64,000 nucleotides of DNA from Acidimicrobiales bacterium (lineage in GTDB: Bacteria > Actinomycetota > Acidimicrobiia > Acidimicrobiales > SZUA-35), in contig JAHDCC010000019.1 of assembly GCA_020630065.1 (NCBI GenBank), positions 7,139-71,138 of the forward strand, read 5' to 3'. This document shows, one piece after another, positions 9,107 through 17,251 of this stretch (position 1 is its first letter; each line of letters begins with the position of its first letter). The position numbers were made by a program, and so were the translations under genes. The notes under the pieces were generated by a model, which was not told the DNA's origin, did not search any database, and saw only the letters and a program-made list of their open reading frames with translations.

Positions 9107-9160
9107 ATCAATGCCGTGTTCGATACCAATGCCGTGTTCAATATCAATGATGTGTAGAGG
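9107..9160. repeat. Three imperfect 18-bp tandem direct repeats in an intergenic region
   Basis: ATCAATGCCGTGTTCGAT / ACCAATGCCGTGTTCAAT / ATCAATGATGTGTAGAGG, located about 50 bp upstream of the 9212 ORF. Confidence 0.6.
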
Positions 9161-9211
9161 TAGCGGTTTGTTACGTCAGCGGAATCTTGACCCCGGTAGG
9201 CTGAGATAGTC

Positions 9212-9493
9212 ATGACTCAACCTTCTCAAACGGCTTCGGACGTCAATGATCCCATCTTGGCGAAACGTCAACGAATCGAACGACTCGTCGGGCTTGGGCT
9301 CAAAGCTGGCTACGGATTGTTCGGACTTGCTATGGTGCTTTTTTTTGCGGGTCTTATCGGTGACTTCCGTTCGGCTACAGCAACCATCATCATTTGGTGC
9401 TTATTGATAGGTTCGGTTATCTTGGCTCCAGCCATGGTGTTCAAATATGCGATTAAGGCTGCATATCGGGCTGATAGAGAGGATTCCTGGTAA
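9212..9493 (+). CDS. Small membrane protein (2 predicted TM segments), function unknown
   Basis: 93-aa ORF with two hydrophobic stretches (GYGLFGLAMVLFFAGLIG; IIIWCLLIGSVILAPAMVF), lying directly upstream of the kinase gene on the same strand. Confidence 0.5.
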   Translation: MTQPSQTASDVNDPILAKRQRIERLVGLGLKAGYGLFGLAMVLFFAGLIGDFRSATATIIIWCLLIGSVILAPAMVFKYAIKAAYRADREDSW

Positions 9494-9559
9494 CAACATT
9501 TCTCTTTCGGTAGCCAGGGTGCAACCGAGTACCCGAGTCCTCGTTGTTAAGATAGCTAT

Positions 9560-12211
9560 ATGAACGCCGAGACCGATGGCCACAATGCGCAGCCATCATT
9601 TGAGATCGACGGGTTCGAGCCGCTAACTAAACTTGGTGCTGGTGGGTTTGGCGTCGTCTGGAAAGCCCGGCAGAAACGTATCGACCGGCTAGTAGCGATC
9701 AAAGTCAGTAGCACGATTCTAGAGAACAAAGAGGATCAGCTCTTTTTCGACCGAGAGTGTGAATCGTTAGGGCGACTCTCAGGAACCCCGAATATTGTTC
9801 AGGTGTACACCACCGGCCATCTTGACGACGGCCGCCCTTATTTGGTTCTTGAATACATCGACGGCGGCACGTTAACCGCCAGAATAAAGAAGAAACCGCT
9901 GTCCTTCGATGATGTTCGTCAGATAGGTCTCGATCTATGTGATGGACTGACCCACGCCCACAGCTCTGGTGTTCTTCATCGCGATATTAAACCGGACAAT
10001 GTTTTTCTTCGGTCAACCGGCTCGGCGGTTCTAGGCGACTTTGGAATTGCCCAACTTCTGGACACAACAAAGTCTCGTGCTGGGACCGTCATCGGTAGTC
10101 TCCGATATATCGCTCCCGAAGTCCTCAAAGGTGACCGCCCTACGGTTTTGAGTGACCTTTACGGCGTCGGCATTACGCTCTATTCAGCTATGACCCGCAA
10201 ACCACCGTTCACGGGTGAGAGTAATCTCGTCGATCAGGTTATGCAGCGAGTCTTACATAACGAATTGCCTGAACCAGAAACGCTTGGCTACCCGAAGGAG
10301 TTGTCGGGTTTAGTGATGTCGTTGCTCAACAAATCACCCGATCAGCGCCCTCGCTCGGCGAAGGAGGTGGGACAGCGGCTGGAGTCGATTCTTGATACCG
10401 GAAATCGCCGGACCCCTAAACCGACGACGCCTCCTCCACCTCCAACAAAAAAACGCACGCCTCTAGGCGATTCAGCAAAAACCGTTTTGGCAACTACGAA
10501 CATCGCAGACCTCAAGCCAGATGGAACAAAACGGCCTCACATCGCTTCTGAACCGACGCCTTCTACGAAACCTGTTGGCGACGACGGTGAAACTACGGTC
10601 TTTGGCGAAACGTCAGTGTTCGACGAGGAAAAGGGCCGTGATGTTCAACGGTCAGCTGCTAGTCCAAATGGGACGAAACCCTATCCAACACTAGCCAAGA
10701 CCAGTGTTTTAGACGAGGGTTCGGATGACAAGCCAAAGACGCCAGACGCCACGAATATCTTTGTTGAGCAACATCACCGGGATCAACCCGACGTTGGACC
10801 GGGGGGAACCCGTATCTATCCAACTGCGCCGGAGCCGTCGCAGAACAAACCGACGTCCACACCGACGAGTAGGCAAGGTCCTACTACGCCAACGACGTCT
10901 CCGCCGAGTCCTAAACCAACACCAACCCCCAAACCCGCTGTCGCCAATCCGCCCAGTCCTAAACCAACACCAACCCCCAAACCCGCTGTCGCCAATCCGC
11001 CCAGTCCTAAACCAACACCAACCCCGAAACCAGCTGTCACGCCTACAAAACCTAAACAGTCGCCTCCGCCCCCGGTCGTGGCATCTGTCTTGTTCGAAGG
11101 TTCTGATTACAACACACCAGCAAAGTTAGCTCAAGCACTCGCTGGCAACTGGGACAAAACGATCTGGACGTTGTCACAACACCCATCGACGTTCTTTGCC
11201 GAAGAACTCACCAAAGCGGCCTATGCATGGAAACGCCCCCAACTTCCATTGCTGATCGCCCAGTTTCCGTCGGCGGCTCCTCGACGTCGCCATCAGCTAC
11301 TCACCGACCTTCTGGTAGAGCTGGACGTGCAACAGCCACCGATCTATCGGGGATACAAAATCGGAAATGCTCACCGACACGGCGCCGCCGAATTTCCTCC
11401 TGTTGTCGTTGACGAAATCCGCCGCGGCGAAATTCTTGTGAGGTGGCGTCGCAACAACGATATGAATGGCATTGTCGAAGTAGCTAGACAATGGGAGCAG
11501 AGCATTCTCGAATACGACGGCCGAAACCAACCGCTACAGATCGCCGACCAGCACGCAGGCGGGAAACTGTTGGCGGCAGCCGGAAACCCGACTGCGACAT
11601 CGACGATCAAAAAGGCGCTTCTATCTCATTCGGCCCATTCACGAGCCGGCCAACAGCGATGGTGGGCCGAACTCTACTCCGCAGGCTCCGCAGCGGCGCT
11701 CCTTTTAGCCCAAGGAACCTTAGACGTGGCGGCAGCACAAACCGCTGAAGCTGAAGCCGACGCGGCGAAAGATCAGCGCAGGCGAAACATCCGCACCGGT
11801 TCAGCAATCACCGCGGGAATAGCTTCTACCGTGATGAGCGCAGTCGTAGCGAATCGCTGGCACATGGTTGAGGGGCCAACCATCGAACGTTTCACTGGAG
11901 GCTGGATCGTTCTCGCCGTACTACCATTTCTCGTGTTCTGGTTTCTTTTAGCTACCTCAAATAGGCGAGGTGTCGTTGCTGGCGGCTGCCTCGGTAGTAT
12001 CGCCTGGCTTGTATACGCAGCAGCTTTGATTGCAGTCGGTGGGTTTATCGGGATGAACGACCAACTTGCGCCTCAGACGTCGTCGGTCGGGCTCTTTCTG
12101 ACGTTGGCTTCGGTGACGGCCCCACTCATGGCTGTACTAGTGTATCGGCGGCTTACTTCCCGACTGAAATCGCGACGTACTCCCGATATGGTGACGCACC
12201 TTTCCACGTGA
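9560..12211 (+). CDS. Hanks-type Ser/Thr protein kinase with a Pro-rich repeat linker, an unknown domain of about 300 aa, and C-terminal TM helices
   Basis: Glycine loop GAGGFGVVWKA, VAIK lysine, catalytic loop HRDIKPDNVF, DFG, and the APE-like motif YIAPE. The C-terminus has 3-4 hydrophobic helices. Confidence 0.9.
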   Translation: MNAETDGHNAQPSFEIDGFEPLTKLGAGGFGVVWKARQKRIDRLVAIKVSSTILENKEDQLFFDRECESLGRLSGTPNIVQVYTTGHLDDGRPYLVLEYIDGGTLTARIKKKPLSFDDVRQIGLDLCDGLTHAHSSGVLHRDIKPDNVFLRSTGSAVLGDFGIAQLLDTTKSRAGTVIGSLRYIAPEVLKGDRPTVLSDLYGVGITLYSAMTRKPPFTGESNLVDQVMQRVLHNELPEPETLGYPKELSGLVMSLLNKSPDQRPRSAKEVGQRLESILDTGNRRTPKPTTPPPPPTKKRTPLGDSAKTVLATTNIADLKPDGTKRPHIASEPTPSTKPVGDDGETTVFGETSVFDEEKGRDVQRSAASPNGTKPYPTLAKTSVLDEGSDDKPKTPDATNIFVEQHHRDQPDVGPGGTRIYPTAPEPSQNKPTSTPTSRQGPTTPTTSPPSPKPTPTPKPAVANPPSPKPTPTPKPAVANPPSPKPTPTPKPAVTPTKPKQSPPPPVVASVLFEGSDYNTPAKLAQALAGNWDKTIWTLSQHPSTFFAEELTKAAYAWKRPQLPLLIAQFPSAAPRRRHQLLTDLLVELDVQQPPIYRGYKIGNAHRHGAAEFPPVVVDEIRRGEILVRWRRNNDMNGIVEVARQWEQSILEYDGRNQPLQIADQHAGGKLLAAAGNPTATSTIKKALLSHSAHSRAGQQRWWAELYSAGSAAALLLAQGTLDVAAAQTAEAEADAAKDQRRRNIRTGSAITAGIASTVMSAVVANRWHMVEGPTIERFTGGWIVLAVLPFLVFWFLLATSNRRGVVAGGCLGSIAWLVYAAALIAVGGFIGMNDQLAPQTSSVGLFLTLASVTAPLMAVLVYRRLTSRLKSRRTPDMVTHLST
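10901..11044 (+). repeat. 3 x 48-bp in-frame tandem repeat inside the kinase gene (encodes PPSPKPTPTPKPAVAN)
   Basis: Units at 10901-10948 and 10949-10996 are identical except for one base. The third unit diverges at its 3' end. Confidence 0.9.
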
Positions 12212-13211
12212 ACGATTCAAACGAATAGTGCATCAAACCTAAGAAGCCGACAAATCCAAACGAGATCGGCTGGACGAGGGTAACCCCGGCCACAGAATCA
12301 AGCACCGCGTTGAACCAGCCATCGGCCACTCGTTCGAGAAACGCTGCGGCCAGTAGCGAGGCGACCGGTATCGCAAACGCCGCCGGCTGCTTATGTAACC
12401 ACCGAGACAGGGGCCGATGTAACAACGATCGTCTGCCGTGACGAAGCCGATTCGTTTCGTGGTTGATGTAAAAAACGTACGCCGTGACATCGTGGGCCAA
12501 ACGAGGGATCAGTACCGCAAAAAGGGTGTATCCGGAAACGAACATTACCGAACTGCCGATCATCATGGCGCTGTTCGCTACCAGCCAGATTCGACCCGAT
12601 TCGGGGGCCTGAAACCAAAGAACTATTGTCAGTGCAGCCACGATGACGGCTCCCCCAAAAACAATCTGGCGGATTAGGTACAGCTCAGACACGCTCGGGT
12701 TCAGCAGCACCGCAGAGTAATAAAGGGTGCCACAAGCCACCCCCACCCACGACCAAGCGACAAAAATCGGGCCTGAGAGCCGCGCCGCTATGTTGCCGAT
12801 ACCCAGCTGCTGTTTAAGAACGTGGTGGACCGTCCAACCCACAATCAAAACGACCAGCACCCATCGGGGGAACAGATATCCAAGGACCGCTAACGAGGCC
12901 AGAATGCCGACCGCTATACCAAGAATGCGCTGACGATAATGATGAACGTAATCAGGATTCGAAAAAAGAATCATATTGCTCGCCACGATGTGAGGGGTGC
13001 CAAATACCAACGCCAGAAGAAGGTAGCTTTCAGGGAAGGTTCTTAACGTGCTCCGGAGCTGACTATCGAACAAAACCCAGTCGACGGCCACAACAGCAAA
13101 AAGAATAGGAACCGACAGATACAACTGAAGAAGCTTACGCATCGGAACCGAGTGCGGCTCCACATCGGGTTCCCGGGACGTTGTCAGCCCATCTTGGGTA
13201 AGGTCAGACAT
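12153..13211 (-). CDS. Polytopic membrane protein (about 9 TM segments) with histidine-containing TM motifs, function unknown
   Basis: 352-aa hydrophobic protein. His motifs: GTPHIVASN, GWTVHHVLKQQ, AHDVTAYVFYINHE, LMHYSFESF. Its 3' end overlaps the kinase 3' end by 59 bp. Confidence 0.6.
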   Translation of the reverse strand: MSDLTQDGLTTSREPDVEPHSVPMRKLLQLYLSVPILFAVVAVDWVLFDSQLRSTLRTFPESYLLLALVFGTPHIVASNMILFSNPDYVHHYRQRILGIAVGILASLAVLGYLFPRWVLVVLIVGWTVHHVLKQQLGIGNIAARLSGPIFVAWSWVGVACGTLYYSAVLLNPSVSELYLIRQIVFGGAVIVAALTIVLWFQAPESGRIWLVANSAMMIGSSVMFVSGYTLFAVLIPRLAHDVTAYVFYINHETNRLRHGRRSLLHRPLSRWLHKQPAAFAIPVASLLAAAFLERVADGWFNAVLDSVAGVTLVQPISFGFVGFLGLMHYSFESFTWKGASPYREYVAISVGK

Positions 13212-13263
13212 CTACTCAGTGTAGGCGCTAGGCGGCAAGCGAGGTAGACACCCAGCCAGCACC

Positions 13264-14127
13264 TTAGCTAGACATTAACCCAAGTACCTGGGCGTGAAGT
13301 TCTTCGTTAGCTGAGGCCACAACAAATCCGCCGGAACGAGCAGAGCCGCCATCGAGGCCAGTAATGATTCCCCCCGCCGCTTCAATCATCGGTATCAGCG
13401 GTGCTATGTCGTAGGGTTGTAGCTGGTTTTCGATAACGATGTCGATGTCGCCGCTCGCCAACAGCCCATAGTTGTAACAGTCACCGTCATAGCGAACGAG
13501 CCGACATTTTGAAGCTACCGCCGAGAAGCGTTCTTTTTCTTTGTCGGTAACAAACATTGTTGGGTGAGTCGAAGCTAACGACGCTTCAGCTATGTGCGTT
13601 ATTCCGCTGGTTGAGAGGTCCTTTTCCATCAACGGAGACCAGAACCGGGCACGAGAGTTATTCATGGACCCAGAGCTGTCACGAATCGAAACTGCCCAGT
13701 AGCTTTCGTCGAGCGTCGGAATGTGCATAAACCCGGCCATCGGTACTGATTCGACCTCCAGGCCCAACAAGGTTCCCCACATCGGCCGTCCAGTCACGAA
13801 CGCACGCGTTCCGTCGATCGGATCGATAATCCATCGGACATTCTGCGGACCTGACTCGCCGCGCTCCTCCCCGTAGATTCCCACAGTCGGGAACCGTTCA
13901 GTCAAGAATTCACGTAGCAGGTCTTCAACGAGACGATCCGCTTTGGTAACAGGATCAAAATCGGTGGACGCAGTGGAATCGCTGCTAGCCGGGGCCAGCT
14001 TGTTTTGGACTTCCACTGGCCGACGAAACCATTCAAGAGATCGTCGACTACATCGACGCAACACGCCAACTAGTTCAGAGGTCGATCGGTCAACATCGGC
14101 AAGCAGCGCTTGAGTAGAAGAATCCAT
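13264..14127 (-). CDS. Inositol monophosphatase family protein (HisN/SuhB/ImpA-like)
   Basis: Motifs GEERG and WIIDPIDGTRAF, plus the C-terminal YDIAPLIPMIEAAGG, are typical of the IMPase/FBPase superfamily. Confidence 0.75.
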   Translation of the reverse strand: MDSSTQALLADVDRSTSELVGVLRRCSRRSLEWFRRPVEVQNKLAPASSDSTASTDFDPVTKADRLVEDLLREFLTERFPTVGIYGEERGESGPQNVRWIIDPIDGTRAFVTGRPMWGTLLGLEVESVPMAGFMHIPTLDESYWAVSIRDSSGSMNNSRARFWSPLMEKDLSTSGITHIAEASLASTHPTMFVTDKEKERFSAVASKCRLVRYDGDCYNYGLLASGDIDIVIENQLQPYDIAPLIPMIEAAGGIITGLDGGSARSGGFVVASANEELHAQVLGLMSS

Positions 14128-14286
14128 ATCCCAACAATCTACATAGGTCGATACCGCACCCGATCCATCGTGGCTAATACTTTGACACTGGCCAGATACC
14201 CGAAGTCATCCCCCGTTAACCTTCCATACCCGCAAGCTTCATTTCTCGCTGCCACAAATAGGACCGTATTCACCTACGGTAAAACC

Positions 14287-14715
14287 ATGAGCAATGATCC
14301 TTCGGCTAACCCGACGCTTCCAACCGTGCTGTTCGTTTGCATCCACAATGCCGGTCGTTCGCAAATGGCGGCCGGATGGCTACAGCACTTGGGCGCTGGT
14401 AACATCACCGTGCTCTCTGGCGGAACGCAGCCAGCGGAACAGGTAAATGCGGCTGCGGTTGAAGCTATGGCCGAAGTCGGGATCGACATAGCTGCGAGCG
14501 TTCCCAAACTTTGGAGCGATACGACGGTACAACAAGCCGACGTCATCGTCACTATGGGTTGTGGCGATGTTTGCCCCGTCTACCCAGGGAAACGTTACGA
14601 GGATTGGGAACTCGAAGACCCGGCAGGCCAAGGAATCGAAATGGTCCGCGGGGTGCGAGACGACATCAAGTCGCGGGTTGAGGCACTGCTCACTAGTCTC
14701 AATATCGACGAGTAG
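14287..14715 (+). CDS. arsC: Arsenate reductase / low-molecular-weight phosphotyrosine phosphatase family (ArsC)
   Basis: P-loop VLFVCIHNAGRSQMAAG (CX5R-S) and a downstream MGCGDVCP cysteine pair. I preferred the ATG at 14287 over the ORF-track start at 14110. Confidence 0.75.
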   Translation: MSNDPSANPTLPTVLFVCIHNAGRSQMAAGWLQHLGAGNITVLSGGTQPAEQVNAAAVEAMAEVGIDIAASVPKLWSDTTVQQADVIVTMGCGDVCPVYPGKRYEDWELEDPAGQGIEMVRGVRDDIKSRVEALLTSLNIDE

Positions 14716-15493
14716 GCCTGACACCCAATCCGACCCAGTCCAAAATCTGGTTTCTGCCTACCAACTGAAAAGGCTGATAAAGCTGACGAATCACCGTCTC
14801 TTGACTATCGAGAAACCCGGCGAGCATAGCAATGCCATTTGGTTTAACTACCGCTAGCACATCGTTGTATAGCTCGTTGTGAACCGGCAGCAACACGTTA
14901 CTGACCACCACGTCAAATCGGCGTTCTGGATCCGAGGCGATATCTGCCAGAGGTGTCGTCGAACAAACTAGGTCGACGTCGTTCTTCAACGCGTTCGCCT
15001 GCGCGGTAGCTACCGCTTGTTCGTCGATGTCTATGGCTTCGACGGCGGCTCCCAGCACGGCGGCCGCTATCGCAAGCACGCCCGAACCTGTTCCGACATC
15101 TAGCACCCGCATCTTGTCATCGACCGTTTGGCCGATCATTTCGAGCATCAATTGAGTCGTCGGATGTTTCCCGTGTCCGAAAACCTGATTGGCTTCGATC
15201 TGGACCTCGGTTAAACCGTTTGGCGTTCGCACTGTAATCGATGTGGACGTGGTGAATGGTTCCCAGGTTGTTGGGTCTACTTCTTCGGTCGAAGTAATCC
15301 AAGAGGTTCCCGGTGTCTGTCTTCTGACTATGACGCCAGCCTGTTGGGCTTGAGCTTCGTTTTCGAACCCGGCGATGATCTCACCCGACGGCAGCTCTGA
15401 GGTCCCGGTTGTTCCGGCTTCCCGTAAATAGTGATGGATCAATTCGGTGGCGTCGTGTTTGACTGTTGACGTCAACCTAAGCACATAGGGCAT
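14699..15493 (-). CDS. prmA: SAM-dependent methyltransferase, ribosomal protein L11 methyltransferase (PrmA)-like
   Basis: SAM motif VLDVGTGSGVLAIAAA, an upstream FGHGKHPTT motif and a downstream SNVL motif, as in PrmA. Confidence 0.6.
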   Translation of the reverse strand: MPYVLRLTSTVKHDATELIHHYLREAGTTGTSELPSGEIIAGFENEAQAQQAGVIVRRQTPGTSWITSTEEVDPTTWEPFTTSTSITVRTPNGLTEVQIEANQVFGHGKHPTTQLMLEMIGQTVDDKMRVLDVGTGSGVLAIAAAVLGAAVEAIDIDEQAVATAQANALKNDVDLVCSTTPLADIASDPERRFDVVVSNVLLPVHNELYNDVLAVVKPNGIAMLAGFLDSQETVIRQLYQPFQLVGRNQILDWVGLGVRPTRRY

Positions 15494-15643
15494 TCGACGT
15501 AGGTTAGCGGAGCCAGTCCTGAATCTTTGTGGTGGTTACCTCTATCCATGGTCAAAGTCAATAGCTCACGCAGAAAAAAATGTCGTCCATAATTCTGCTC
15601 ACTCGTGCCCCTCAGGGCCTGATGGTCGGTATCTTATTAAGCA

Positions 15644-16267
15644 GTGTGGTCTGAAATTTTACGCCCAATGCCTCAAGCTAACCAGGCAAAACTTGCTCGA
15701 GCAATGACTCGACGTCAGTTCAACGCGGGTGGCGTGATTTTCTGGGAAGATGACCCAGGCGAAGTCGTGTACGTGATCGACTCCGGCTATGTCCTGGTCG
15801 AGCATTCGGCCCCCAACGGAGAATCCTTGCCGTTTGCGGTTTTAGGTGCCGCCGAAATAATTGGCGAAGACGGTTTAGTTGTCGGCACCGACCGGCTATC
15901 AACCGTGAGAGCGATCACTGAAGTCAATGCCTTATCGTTGTCACGCGCGGCCTACAGCGACCTTTGTACTAACTGGCCCGGTTTTGATCACATTCCAGCC
16001 CAAACGTTGGCGATCAAAAATCGACAGCTGACCGACGCCCTGATCGAAGCTCGACATCAAGCACCGGAAGAACGTATGCGTAAGCAACTTCAGCGTTTGG
16101 GTCGAATGTTCGGCGACGAGATCCCGCTTCCTCAAGAAACGATCGCCGGATTGGCTGGAACTTCTCCGGCCACCGCAAAAGGTGTGTTTAACGCACTACG
16201 CGGAAACGGCACCATCGACATTCTGGACGGTCGCGTTTTTATTAAGACCGGAGCCGGACTCGCCTAG
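15644..16267 (+). CDS. Crp/Fnr-family transcriptional regulator (cNMP-binding domain plus C-terminal HTH)
   Basis: Beta-roll-like region (GGVIFWEDDPGEVVYVIDSGYVLV) and a C-terminal HTH-like segment (QETIAGLAGTSPATAKGVFNALR). Confidence 0.65.
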   Translation: MWSEILRPMPQANQAKLARAMTRRQFNAGGVIFWEDDPGEVVYVIDSGYVLVEHSAPNGESLPFAVLGAAEIIGEDGLVVGTDRLSTVRAITEVNALSLSRAAYSDLCTNWPGFDHIPAQTLAIKNRQLTDALIEARHQAPEERMRKQLQRLGRMFGDEIPLPQETIAGLAGTSPATAKGVFNALRGNGTIDILDGRVFIKTGAGLA

Positions 16268-17238
16268 TGCTTCAGCATAAATCTTCCCGATCAGCTCGGG
16301 CCGCCGTAATACTTCTTGGAACAGCCATCGTGGCAACGTTGGTTTCGAGTCCTGCGTTTGCGCAAAGTGACGACCCAGAGACCGCAACAGAAAGCCTCTC
16401 GATCTTCGCTGCCATCGTCTTAGGTTTAGTTGAAGGTTTCACCGAGTACCTTCCTGTTAGTTCGACTGGCCATCTACTGGTGACAAACAAAGTTTTGGGG
16501 ATCGGGCAAACCGAAGAGGCCGAAGCCGCGTTAGAGACCTACGCAATCGCCATTCAATTCGGCGCCATTTTCGCCGTTCTCGTTCTCTACAAGGAACGCA
16601 TTGCACAAATGATAGAAGGGCTCCTCGGTCGAAGCGAGGAGGGACGTAAAGTCATGCTGGCGGTCGTTGCCGCTTTTGTGCCAACAGCTATCATCGGGTT
16701 GTTGTTAAAGAACCCGGTCCGGGAGAATCTATTCGGTACCGCACCCATAGCGGCGGCCTGGATCGTAGGTGGCATAGCTATCTTGGTGGTCAGTCGCACC
16801 GGGTTCATGCGCCGCGACGGTGAAGGCCGATCCGGCATTGAGCTGCACTCGATTTCGCTCCAACAGGCCGTAATGATCGGTGTCGCCCAGTGTCTTGCTT
16901 TATGGCCAGGGACAAGTCGAAGCCTGGTAACAATTCTCGCGGCATTGGTAGTCGGTTTGTCGCTGCGAGCTGCCGTCGAGTTCAGTTTCCTTCTCGGCTT
17001 GGTCACCTTGTCGGCGGCAACGGTTCTTTCAACCTACGAAGGCGGCGCCGACCTCGTGGACCAATTCGGATACCTAAACCCAATCATCGGACTGGTCGTC
17101 GCATTCTTCGCCGCGTTGGTTTCTATCAAGTGGATGGTTTCCTGGCTAGAACAGCGAAGCTTCGACATCTTTGGTTTCTATCGAATCGCTATCGGGGTCG
17201 CCGCTTTTGTTGCCCTGTCGGTTGGCTGGCTCGACTAA
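16267..17238 (+). CDS. uppP: Undecaprenyl-diphosphate phosphatase (UppP/BacA)
   Basis: GLVEGFTEYLPVSSTGHL motif and a polytopic membrane profile. The start overlaps the Crp-like stop by 1 nt. There is an unusual N-terminal extension of about 45 aa containing a hydrophobic segment. Confidence 0.85.
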   Translation: MLQHKSSRSARAAVILLGTAIVATLVSSPAFAQSDDPETATESLSIFAAIVLGLVEGFTEYLPVSSTGHLLVTNKVLGIGQTEEAEAALETYAIAIQFGAIFAVLVLYKERIAQMIEGLLGRSEEGRKVMLAVVAAFVPTAIIGLLLKNPVRENLFGTAPIAAAWIVGGIAILVVSRTGFMRRDGEGRSGIELHSISLQQAVMIGVAQCLALWPGTSRSLVTILAALVVGLSLRAAVEFSFLLGLVTLSAATVLSTYEGGADLVDQFGYLNPIIGLVVAFFAALVSIKWMVSWLEQRSFDIFGFYRIAIGVAAFVALSVGWLD

Positions 17239-17251
17239 ACCCACTCGAGAC

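Noticed and set aside
10816-11129. Possibility that the 48-bp tandem repeats are a CRISPR array or minisatellite outside a gene; also the antisense and alternate-frame ORFs 10816-11040 and 10725-11129
   Set aside because: The repeats are contiguous, with no spacers. They are in frame within the kinase ORF and encode a Pro-rich linker. The other ORFs are frame shadows of the repeat.
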